The notes below the pieces were generated by a model, which was given only the letters and a program-made list of their open reading frames with translations, did not search any database and was not told the DNA's origin. From a virus (lineage: Duplodnaviria > Caudoviricetes), in IMG/VR virus record IMGVR_UViG_3300025103_000079, positions 1 to 33,856 of that record: DNA of 33,856 nt; one strand, written 5' to 3'. Positions within the stretch are counted from its first letter, which is position 1. Each line of letters starts with the position of its first letter. Below, one piece after another: positions 25,833-33,856 of the stretch. The position numbers and the translations under genes were made by a program.

Positions 25833-27554
25833 ATGCCACAACCGTCAGTATTTCGAGCATTACGACCTAGCGATAAGCAGTTTACGCCTTTTCAGACTTA
25901 CAAGAATTATAGTGTAACAAATGCATTACCGGATGGATATGAATTATTACATGCTATCCATGCAAAAAGAACTCCAGCCATAAGTGCAAGTTCTGCAGCA
26001 AATGATCCTACCAATACAAATGGTATTAACCAGCATGTTGCCTGGAATGCTATAGACCATCGATATTATCGCCATCCATATGATCCTGCTAAGACAGCAG
26101 AATTAACCGATAGAAGAAAAACGGATAAGTTTTTATTTTATTCTGCATCATTATTATCCGTTCCTTATTTTGAAATGGGAGAACGTGTAAAAGCAAATAG
26201 CGTTTCAATTGAATCATCTGGATTTACTTTACAAGATGATGGTAATGGTAATTTACGAGATGCATTAATCAATTCTGCTTCTTTTGCTAACCGTAAAAAA
26301 TTAATTGCATATTGGTCTTTCAATAACGAGTTCCGTAAGTTTCAAAATCAAACCGGAACTTTAAATGGTTCAATGCCGTTTGATAGCCGTACCTTTACTC
26401 CAGAGTTCAAATCTACTATTAGTAATGTTGTTTTAGAAAATGGCGTCGCTACTAGTGCCACTAGTGCTAGTGGAATGGCAGCTGGATTTATTGGTGGAGA
26501 GTCTGAAAATCCAGGTTATATTGTAACAGACCAAATCAAAGATCTAGATTTTGAATCTACTAAAGATTGGACTATTAGTTTTTGGTTACGTGCTCCAGGA
26601 CAGTCAGCAGGTTTCGATGTATATGCACCTGTTATAAGTAAACGGTATGAAAAGGAGATACGAAGATATAATGCGGTTACTGGTTTAATTGAATCAGCAG
26701 TAACTAGTTCCGTGCCAGGAGAATTAGCGTATAATGAATTGCAACTTGAAGAACAGGTACGTACTAAATCTAAAAGGTATCCATTTCATATTGAACTATA
26801 TCAGACACGAAATCCAGATCCGCGTCGCGGTGATATAGTAGCTAGCGTCGGAGGTGATAATGGTACTGCTACTGCTAGTATTGATATAACAGTTGATGGT
26901 GACGTTACTGGCTCTTGGCATCACGTGGCAGTTAGACATTCTGCGAATACTTTAGAAATATTTAGAGACGGCGTCGCTACCGCGCAATCAGCTTCAACGG
27001 CTAATATTGGATATACATCAAATAAGGCTCGTACGTTATTTGGAAATGCCGATACAACGTCTAGACTAAATGGTACATATACCGGTAGTCTAGCAGAAAT
27101 TAGATTTTATGATTATGCTTGTACAGAAACTGAAATAGCTTCATTAGCAAATGCACATTATATATCAGGTTCATTATATCAAACAAATGTAGCAGGTAAC
27201 GTGTTTTATCGTAACGGCCATATGGTAGTATCATCACCAATGCCAAAATTTCACGATACTCTGCAAGGTGTATTTACAGCTAGTTATAAAGGTACTCATA
27301 CGGTATATGAAAATACAGTATTATGCAATATACCTAAGGATACGATGAATGTATCAGTTAATCCATCGGCAGTTAAGCAAGGATATGATTCATTACGAAT
27401 AGATGGAATGACTACCGGATCTCTATTACCATATGTAACTGAGATTGGATTATATAATGACCAATGTGAATTGCTAGCTATAGGTAAATTAGGCCAGGCG
27501 ATACAAAAAAGAAATGATGTTGATTTGAATTTTATAATTAGATGGGATTATTAA
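25833..27554 (+). CDS. Virion structural protein with a LamG/concanavalin-like domain
   Basis: IAYWSFN, WTISFWL, WHHVAV...IFRDG and GSLAEIRFYD. The C-terminus YVTEIGLYND..ELLAIGKL...IRWDY is paralogous to the previous gene. Confidence 0.8.
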   Translation: MPQPSVFRALRPSDKQFTPFQTYKNYSVTNALPDGYELLHAIHAKRTPAISASSAANDPTNTNGINQHVAWNAIDHRYYRHPYDPAKTAELTDRRKTDKFLFYSASLLSVPYFEMGERVKANSVSIESSGFTLQDDGNGNLRDALINSASFANRKKLIAYWSFNNEFRKFQNQTGTLNGSMPFDSRTFTPEFKSTISNVVLENGVATSATSASGMAAGFIGGESENPGYIVTDQIKDLDFESTKDWTISFWLRAPGQSAGFDVYAPVISKRYEKEIRRYNAVTGLIESAVTSSVPGELAYNELQLEEQVRTKSKRYPFHIELYQTRNPDPRRGDIVASVGGDNGTATASIDITVDGDVTGSWHHVAVRHSANTLEIFRDGVATAQSASTANIGYTSNKARTLFGNADTTSRLNGTYTGSLAEIRFYDYACTETEIASLANAHYISGSLYQTNVAGNVFYRNGHMVVSSPMPKFHDTLQGVFTASYKGTHTVYENTVLCNIPKDTMNVSVNPSAVKQGYDSLRIDGMTTGSLLPYVTEIGLYNDQCELLAIGKLGQAIQKRNDVDLNFIIRWDY

Positions 27555-27569
27555 TTTAAGGAAAAAGTT

Positions 27570-27989
27570 ATGGGATGGGGATCTAATTCACGTGCCCGAA
27601 GAGCCGCGTTAAAGCATGGCTATCGATCGGGATTCGAACATAAAGTATCAGAGCAATTAACTGAACAAAAGATTAAGTTTGGATATGAGGATACTGTAAT
27701 AGAATATACAATACCGGAGAGAAAGAGTAAGTATACTGTTGACTTTACATTACCGAATGGCATATTAGTAGAAACTAAAGGTAGATGGGTAGCTGCTGAT
27801 AGAAAGAAGCATTTACTAATTAAAAAACAGCAACCTGAATTAGATATTAGGTTAGTATTCCAGTCAGCTAAATCAAAAATAAGTAAAGGGTCCAAGACAA
27901 CTTATGCTGATTATTGTGACAAGCATGGGATACAATGGGCTGAGAAACAAATACCGGAATCATGGATAAATGAAAAAAAGTTCTTCTAA
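27570..27989 (+). CDS. T7 endonuclease I-like Holliday junction resolvase
   Basis: YRSGFE, YTVDFTLPNGILVETKGRW...DRKKHLLIKKQQPELDIRLVF and SKTTYADYCDKHG. Confidence 0.93.
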   Translation: MGWGSNSRARRAALKHGYRSGFEHKVSEQLTEQKIKFGYEDTVIEYTIPERKSKYTVDFTLPNGILVETKGRWVAADRKKHLLIKKQQPELDIRLVFQSAKSKISKGSKTTYADYCDKHGIQWAEKQIPESWINEKKFF

Positions 27990-28034
27990 ATCATTAATTA
28001 TCCTAGAGCATCGAAAAAAAGTTACCTTGAGCTC

Positions 28035-28064
28035 TTGACCTTTTGGATTTTTTTCTTATATTAA
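28035..28064 (+). promoter_or_regulatory. Putative host-type promoter (TTG-N19-TATATTAA)
   Basis: TTG at 28035-28037 and TATATTAA at 28057-28064, upstream of the replication genes. Confidence 0.55.
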
Positions 28065-28073
28065 AGAAAATAA

Positions 28074-28156
28074 TAATAATTTTTTGTTTTTGTTTTCAGA
28101 ATGCAATGAATGAAAATCAAAGACGAAACGAGATTGTTGGTTTATCAATGATCTCG
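28074..28156 (+). other. Tandem G.U-rich hairpins (structured leader, ncRNA or origin-associated element)
   Basis: Hairpin 1 is 28082-28098 paired with 28111-28128. Hairpin 2 is CGAGATTGTTGG-TTTA-TCAATGATCTCG (28129-28156). Confidence 0.6.
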
Positions 28157-28170
28157 CTAATATATAATAT

Positions 28171-29094
28171 ATGGGTTATAAACTAGACGGACTAATCGAA
28201 TCGGTATTAGGTAAAGGGCGTGCGACTAACAAAGGTAATGTTGCATATTTCTGTCCTTTCTGTCATCATCAGAAGCGTAAACTTGAAGTAAGCCATGTTA
28301 ACCAGTCATGGCATTGTTGGACGTGTAATGCAGCTGGCAGAAAATTAGTAACGCTATTTAAAAAGCTTAAGGTAGATAGAATACGTATTTCGAATCTATT
28401 TACCTTGCTAGATGAAACTGAATATAAACATAAAGTTACTACTACAGAAACACCAGTTGTAGAATTACCCGTAGAATTCAAACCATTATGGGAATTAGAT
28501 TCTAAAAATCCAGAATATAGAAATGCGGTTGCATATCTAAGAACGCGTGCTATAGGCATTGCTGATATATTGAAATATAGAATTGGTTATTGTGAGTCTG
28601 GTAAGTATGGTGGCAAAATTATTATACCTAGCTATGACGCAAATGGTTCATTGAATTATTTTGTATCCCGGGCATATTATGAATCAGATAATTTTAAATA
28701 TAATAATCCACCTGTATCTAAAGATATTATAGGGTTTGAATTATTTATCAATTGGGACTTGCCAATTATACTAGTTGAAGGTGCATTTGATGCTATAGCT
28801 GTTAAGCGTAACGCAATACCGCTATTTGGTAAAACGATTAGCAATACACTTAAAATGAGGATTGTAGAAAAACAAGTAACATCAATATATGTGTGTTTAG
28901 ATAAAGATGCGCGGAAGCAAGCATTTGAAACGGCTGAATATTTCATGGGTAATGGTATTGAAGTTTACTTCGTTGATATACAGGATAAAGACCCGTCCGA
29001 AATAGGATTTCAGGATATTATTTCTTATATTGATAATACTTATAGGCTCACGGAAGAACGATTAATGGAAGAGAAGATTTTATGCATGTTGTAA
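28171..29094 (+). CDS. DnaG-type DNA primase (Zn finger plus TOPRIM)
   Basis: CPFCHH...WHCWTC Zn finger, and TOPRIM motifs LVEGAFDAIA and CLDKDA. Confidence 0.9.
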   Translation: MGYKLDGLIESVLGKGRATNKGNVAYFCPFCHHQKRKLEVSHVNQSWHCWTCNAAGRKLVTLFKKLKVDRIRISNLFTLLDETEYKHKVTTTETPVVELPVEFKPLWELDSKNPEYRNAVAYLRTRAIGIADILKYRIGYCESGKYGGKIIIPSYDANGSLNYFVSRAYYESDNFKYNNPPVSKDIIGFELFINWDLPIILVEGAFDAIAVKRNAIPLFGKTISNTLKMRIVEKQVTSIYVCLDKDARKQAFETAEYFMGNGIEVYFVDIQDKDPSEIGFQDIISYIDNTYRLTEERLMEEKILCML

Positions 29095-32000
29095 AGAAAA
29101 TAGATATCGGATTATCTAAGATAGACCGAATATATCATATTGCTGATGTTCATGTACGTAATTTAAAACGTCATAAAGAATACCGAATTGTATTTAATAG
29201 ATTGTACAAATATATTAAAAGTACAAAAACACCTAATAGCGTAATTTATATCGCAGGTGATATCGTACATTCTAAAACAGACCTATCACCGGAATCAGTT
29301 GATCTTGTAAGTGAATTTTTTATTCGATGTGCGGATCTTGCCCCTACCATTATAATTGCTGGTAATCATGATTGTAATTTAAATAATAGTTATCGGTTAG
29401 ATGCTATTACGCCAATTGTCAATGCTATTAATCATCCATCGGTATATTATCTTAAGGATACTGATATATATGAATTAGGCGATTGTCAATTCAATGTTAT
29501 GTCAGTATTCGATAAGCCAGCTGATTTTATTCGCGGAGCTAATTTTGAGGGTAAAAATAAGATTGCATTGCATCATGGTGCGGTGCATAATGCCACAACT
29601 GATTTAGGTATATCATTATCAAATACTCATGTTACTAATGATTTATTTGCTGGCCATGATTTAGTCTTGTTAGGTGATATTCATAAAACGCAATATCTTA
29701 ACAATGAAAAAACTATAGCATATCCAGGTTCATTAATACAGCAATCACATGGAGAGGTTTTAGTACATGGTATTATGGTATGGGATGTAGCTAAAAGAGA
29801 ATCTGAATTCGTACCAATTAAAAATGATTATGGTTATTATACGTTTGAGGTTAAAAATGGCAAGATCGTTAATGCATCTAATAATGTACCACCTAAGCCT
29901 AGGCTGCGCCTTAAAGTAACGGATACGGATACTAGTGCCGTGAAATTAATTGTAACTGAGCTCAAACAAAAATATAAGGTTAAAGAATTAAGCATTCAGC
30001 GGATTAATAATCTTAACCAAAGTGCAGTAACACGAAAAATTAATTTTGCTGATTATAGAGAAGTTGAAGCTCAAAATAAAATTATAAGCGAATATTTAAC
30101 TGATAATTATGTTATAGCAGAACCAGTACTAGATGCAATCCGACATATCAATCGAAAAGTCCATAGCAAGATACCAGAACTAGTTGCAAACCGGAATGTA
30201 ACATGGATACCTAAAGTGTTTGAGTTTTCCAATATGTTTAGTTATGGGGATTCCAATAAAATTGATTTTACTAATATGACTGGTACATATGGATTATTCG
30301 CTCCAAATGCTACCGGTAAATCAACATTATTGGATGCGTTATCATTTTGTTGTTTTGATAAATGTTCTAGGACATCAAAGGCTCGCCATGTATTAAATAA
30401 TAAAAAATCATCCTTTCAATCAAAGTTTGAATTTGAATTAGAAGGTCGTACATATTATATAGAACGAGGCGGTGTTAAAAATAATCATGGTCATGTAAGA
30501 GTAATTGTTAATTTTTGGTCTATAGACGAGGATGGTAATAAAGTATTGCTTAATGGCGATCAACGTGATTCCACTAATAAAGTTATACGTACGTATTTAG
30601 GTACATACGATGATTTTATTTTAACGGCATTATCATTACAAAATAACAATACTGGATTTATCGATAAATCTCAACGAGAACGAAAAGATTTATTATCACA
30701 GTTTTTAGATATTGATATATTTGATCAGCAATATCAAATCGCAAATGAAGAAATAAAAGAAACGGCAGCAGCTATAAAGGAACATAAGCGAACTGATTAT
30801 TCGACAGAACTTTCCGAAGCAATCACAACTATAAATTCTGTATCAGCTTCTTTACAAGAATACGATAAAGAGCGTGGTAGCTTAATTGAAATACGTACTG
30901 CATTATCAACTGAATTATTAAATACCACTAAAGATCTTAAGCCGGTAGATTCTGAACTAACAGATATAAAATATTTGCATGAGCAATATTTACATTTCAC
31001 TCAATCCGCTGCTATTCTTGAAGGTACGATTCATGACTGGAATACGGATTTAAAAGAAACGGAAGAGTTAATAGAGACTACCCGCACTGCATATGATAAT
31101 TTAATTGTAGATGGATTGCCTGAGAAAATAGAAGAATGCGAAACTGCAATATATCATATCAAATCACTTCATGGTAACCTTAAGGTACAGCAAGATATAT
31201 TATCGCATAAAGAGTCGCTAGCATCTCAATTAGAAATGCATGAATATGATCCAGATTGTACTTATTGCACATCAAATCCAATAGTGCAAACGGCAATTAT
31301 AGAATCAGAATCAATTCCAGATATTACAAGCAAGATTGATGATTTAACTAATAAAATTGCATATTCAAGTAGTTTATATAATAAGGATTCATATAATATA
31401 TTGGTATCTGATTTAGGTACAGCTGAATCTGATTTAGGTGATGCAATTAAAAAAGAATCATCAATTAAATATGAATTAAGTAAGATTGATTCTGAATACC
31501 AGGCAGTTAAATGGAATTTAGATAAATATATAGATCTTCTTGCTAAGGCTGAAGAGCAAAAAGAAATAGTTAAAGCTAATAAAGAGTTAAATGAGCAGAT
31601 AGTAATAATTGAATCTGAATTATCTGATACAGAATCTGAAATTGATGAGATTGAAAGTAAAATATCAAAATTACGTCCTAAACTAATTATAGCTCAAAAA
31701 ACTAAAACAGACGTTGAAAAGTCTATAAAGCGATTAATTGAATTAGAACAATCATATACCGGATATGAATATTATCTTAAAGCCGTTAAACGAGATGGGG
31801 TGCCATATGATTTAATTACAAAAGCATTGCCACAAATTGAAGCTGAAGTAAATAATATCTTAACCCAGATAGTTGAATTTACAGTATTGCTTAATACTGA
31901 TGGTAAGAATATAAATGCATATATTGTATATGATACTGATAATTATTGGCCATTGGAATTGACATCAGGCATGGAAAAGTTTATCGCAAGTCTTGCAATA

Positions 32001-32237
32001 CGAGCTTCATTAATACACGTATCCAGTTTACCTCGTCCCAACTTTATAGCAATAGATGAAGGGTTTGGTAATTTAGATTCAGATAATCTTAATTCAATGT
32101 ATATGCTATTTGATTATTTAAAATCACAATTTGGATTTATTTTAAGTATATCCCATATTGATGCAATGAGAGATATCGTTGATAGTTTAATAGAAATTAA
32201 GAAGGAGTCTGGATACTCGAAAATATCATATGATTGA
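29082..32237 (+). CDS. Fused Mre11/SbcD nuclease - Rad50/SbcC ATPase (gp47-gp46-like)
   Basis: Nuclease motifs HIADVH, AGDIVH, AGNHD, LGDIH and YPGS. ATPase motifs: Walker A APNATGKS, Q-loop LSLQ, Zn hook CTYC, signature TSGMEK, Walker B IDEGFGNLD and H-loop ISH. Confidence 0.93.
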   Translation: MHVVKKIDIGLSKIDRIYHIADVHVRNLKRHKEYRIVFNRLYKYIKSTKTPNSVIYIAGDIVHSKTDLSPESVDLVSEFFIRCADLAPTIIIAGNHDCNLNNSYRLDAITPIVNAINHPSVYYLKDTDIYELGDCQFNVMSVFDKPADFIRGANFEGKNKIALHHGAVHNATTDLGISLSNTHVTNDLFAGHDLVLLGDIHKTQYLNNEKTIAYPGSLIQQSHGEVLVHGIMVWDVAKRESEFVPIKNDYGYYTFEVKNGKIVNASNNVPPKPRLRLKVTDTDTSAVKLIVTELKQKYKVKELSIQRINNLNQSAVTRKINFADYREVEAQNKIISEYLTDNYVIAEPVLDAIRHINRKVHSKIPELVANRNVTWIPKVFEFSNMFSYGDSNKIDFTNMTGTYGLFAPNATGKSTLLDALSFCCFDKCSRTSKARHVLNNKKSSFQSKFEFELEGRTYYIERGGVKNNHGHVRVIVNFWSIDEDGNKVLLNGDQRDSTNKVIRTYLGTYDDFILTALSLQNNNTGFIDKSQRERKDLLSQFLDIDIFDQQYQIANEEIKETAAAIKEHKRTDYSTELSEAITTINSVSASLQEYDKERGSLIEIRTALSTELLNTTKDLKPVDSELTDIKYLHEQYLHFTQSAAILEGTIHDWNTDLKETEELIETTRTAYDNLIVDGLPEKIEECETAIYHIKSLHGNLKVQQDILSHKESLASQLEMHEYDPDCTYCTSNPIVQTAIIESESIPDITSKIDDLTNKIAYSSSLYNKDSYNILVSDLGTAESDLGDAIKKESSIKYELSKIDSEYQAVKWNLDKYIDLLAKAEEQKEIVKANKELNEQIVIIESELSDTESEIDEIESKISKLRPKLIIAQKTKTDVEKSIKRLIELEQSYTGYEYYLKAVKRDGVPYDLITKALPQIEAEVNNILTQIVEFTVLLNTDGKNINAYIVYDTDNYWPLELTSGMEKFIASLAIRASLIHVSSLPRPNFIAIDEGFGNLDSDNLNSMYMLFDYLKSQFGFILSISHIDAMRDIVDSLIEIKKESGYSKISYD

Positions 32238-32244
32238 TATTTAT
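32237..32244 (+). promoter_or_regulatory. Putative late promoter ATATTTAT
   Basis: Octamer followed by AAAGG and ATG 32258. Confidence 0.7.
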
Positions 32245-32257
32245 TTTAAAGGTAGCT

Positions 32258-32914
32258 ATGGCATTACGTAAAAAAGTTTCATATACTGGATTAAAAGATT
32301 TACCATATGATATCGTGGATACTGACTCGCTATCATTGGATTACTTTAGAATTATAGATTTTCCAGATAATCTCCAGGCCGGTAAAAATCTGATCAAGAT
32401 AAGATCGCATCCGGAAAATTTTGCAAATGGGTCTGAAATATACATCGAAATTTTAGATTTTAACGGGGATCCTATTTATTATGAGCCATTGAACTATCTC
32501 GAACCCGGTGGGACAAGAGTTATTTCAATATATATTTATCCAGATACCGCTCCAGGTGGTGCGATGGTTTATCTTGCAGGTAGGGCTACTAGAAATGTAG
32601 ATACAGGTGAGTCGTATAAATATTCAACAGATTCAAATAATATTAATTTTCGGAATATACCTAATCTGCTATGGCAGCGGCCGGTAACAGTTGAACCTAC
32701 ACGTGCAAATAATTCTGAAATAATATTTACTAATACCGTCGGCGTTACAATCTCTGAAAATATTCAGCCATATTATGAGTTAATAAATTATACCAATTTA
32801 ACAACAGTAATGACTAGTAATGGCGCTACATTAAATGCATCACAGTATAATCCAACGTCACCGGGAACGGACCCACCAATAATTTATTACCCGAACAACT
32901 TACTTGGACTCTAG
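32258..32914 (+). CDS. Putative virion structural protein (N-terminal part if the TAG is read through)
   Basis: Start moved to ATG 32258 (MALRKKVSY...) on the basis of the promoter and SD. It ends at TAG 32912-32914. Confidence 0.75.
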   Translation: MALRKKVSYTGLKDLPYDIVDTDSLSLDYFRIIDFPDNLQAGKNLIKIRSHPENFANGSEIYIEILDFNGDPIYYEPLNYLEPGGTRVISIYIYPDTAPGGAMVYLAGRATRNVDTGESYKYSTDSNNINFRNIPNLLWQRPVTVEPTRANNSEIIFTNTVGVTISENIQPYYELINYTNLTTVMTSNGATLNASQYNPTSPGTDPPIIYYPNNLLGL

Positions 32915-32917
32915 TTA

Positions 32918-33856
32918 ATGGCATTTTTAATAACATTTAACGGTAATTTTGCTGCAACAGCATCAATGGTTAATAATGGTATTCTTACCATAGTTGATCC
33001 GGAAATACCACAGGCTCACGCGTATGTACATAACGATGGGTCCGGAAAAGCGGTATCCGCGTTATACGCTAGCCTTAACGATATATCAGCTACTGATATT
33101 CCAACAGTATTTAATGCTATAGATACTACTCAATTATCGGGTTCATTTACATATCAAATTGTACAAGTACTTTCCTATTCTCAGATAGTAGCAGAGCCGA
33201 TATCGGGTGAAGGGTTGTTTGGCGGGCTTGCATTGGCATTTGAACAAGTGAGCCGGATAATTTATCTAGATACCGCTCCATTTGATCCGAATGGTTACCA
33301 GATATTAGGAGGTGGGAATAATGGATTCTCTGCGGTAACTAATTTTACAGCTTCGTTTGTGCAGCCATCTGCAGTAGTACCAACAGAAAGATCGCAGAGT
33401 TTTGCACGCATTATATTAAACAATCTTGAACCGGCTACAGGAGATGTATTTGCAATTAGATCATCATATAAGCCTGGCGGTGCGTATGGTGATTACCGAG
33501 ATCTTGGTATTACTAATTTAGAACAAGTAGAACAGTTAGTAACGGGGTCTCAAACAACATCAATTAATCCTGTTTTAGGTGCTACGGATCCATCAACGGG
33601 ATTCTTTATCAATACCCCGGATATAACTAATAGCTGGGAATTAAGTGCTCATGGGACCGGTATAGGTACTCCTTCGATAATTTATGATCCAACTACATTA
33701 ATAGGAGCTGCTAAAATATCTGCAGACACGATAACACCAACGGTATTTTCAGCTGAAAATGCAATTATTTTTAAATTAAAAGATGATGCTGCAATTGATA
33801 ACGGTGGCCATCAGCCGACATTATCTCAAGGCACTGAATATATTTTGAAATTTAAT
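32918..33856 (+). CDS. Putative virion structural protein, 3'-truncated and in frame with the upstream gene
   Basis: 313 open codons from ATG 32918 (MAFLITFNGNFAATASMVNNG...) to the window end. Absent from the ORF track. Confidence 0.8.
   Translation, partial: MAFLITFNGNFAATASMVNNGILTIVDPEIPQAHAYVHNDGSGKAVSALYASLNDISATDIPTVFNAIDTTQLSGSFTYQIVQVLSYSQIVAEPISGEGLFGGLALAFEQVSRIIYLDTAPFDPNGYQILGGGNNGFSAVTNFTASFVQPSAVVPTERSQSFARIILNNLEPATGDVFAIRSSYKPGGAYGDYRDLGITNLEQVEQLVTGSQTTSINPVLGATDPSTGFFINTPDITNSWELSAHGTGIGTPSIIYDPTTLIGAAKISADTITPTVFSAENAIIFKLKDDAAIDNGGHQPTLSQGTEYILKFN

Noticed and set aside
10531-27554. Bacterial T6SS, eCIS or tailocin locus instead of a phage
   Set aside because: The module is interleaved with primase, resolvase, Mre11-Rad50, a phage-type sigma factor and many small orphan genes, with no cellular housekeeping context.
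1634-31000. All minus-strand ORFs in the track (e.g. 11555-11953, 15708-16046, 28269-28559)
   Set aside because: They are short antisense shadows of well-supported + strand genes, with no promoter, SD or recognisable motifs.
1-33856. Alternative genetic code (TAG or TGA reassignment)
   Set aside because: Code 11 gives dense, uninterrupted genes up to 1718 aa. TGA is used in ATGA/GTGA overlaps as a true stop, and only one TAG is suspicious.
1-33856. tRNA, rRNA, introns, inteins, transposases, integrase or DGR
   Set aside because: I saw no cloverleaf or T-loop pattern in the short intergenic gaps and no intein, reverse transcriptase, homing endonuclease or recombinase motifs. A covariance search was not possible.

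Overview
This AT-rich window is a segment of a large, contractile-tailed (myovirus-like) dsDNA phage genome. Every credible gene is on the + strand. Several markers point to a Bacteroidota host: TTG-N19/20-TAnnTT promoters, a DUF4494-like protein and an Hc1-like protein. Positions 1-10.5 kb are an accessory and regulatory region of small genes: a Mesh1/SpoT-type HD hydrolase, an Hc1 histone-like protein, a SAM methyltransferase, Hsp20, a membrane coiled-coil protein, a YhaM-like HD protein and a gp55-like sigma factor. Positions 10.5-27.5 kb are a baseplate/tail module: gp5-like spike, gp25, gp6/J, a large gp7/I-like wedge with LamG, and tail-collar-like proteins. Positions 27.5-32.2 kb are a replication/recombination block: T7 endonuclease I-like resolvase, primase and a single-chain Mre11-Rad50 fusion. 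A further structural gene follows, interrupted by one in-frame TAG. Five signals stand out. (1) Genes behind the putative late promoter ATATTTAT all carry AAGG Shine-Dalgarno-like motifs, while genes behind host-type promoters have none, suggesting a phage-driven switch in translation initiation. (2) An [S/T]-G-S tripeptide is roughly ten-fold enriched in tail proteins and looks like a modification sequon. (3) A bulged 23-bp inverted repeat pairs the 5' and 3' UTRs of hsp20. (4) A G.U-rich double hairpin lies upstream of primase. (5) Near-identical early-promoter cassettes recur. Protein assignments come from motif recognition by eye, not database searches, and all counts are manual.
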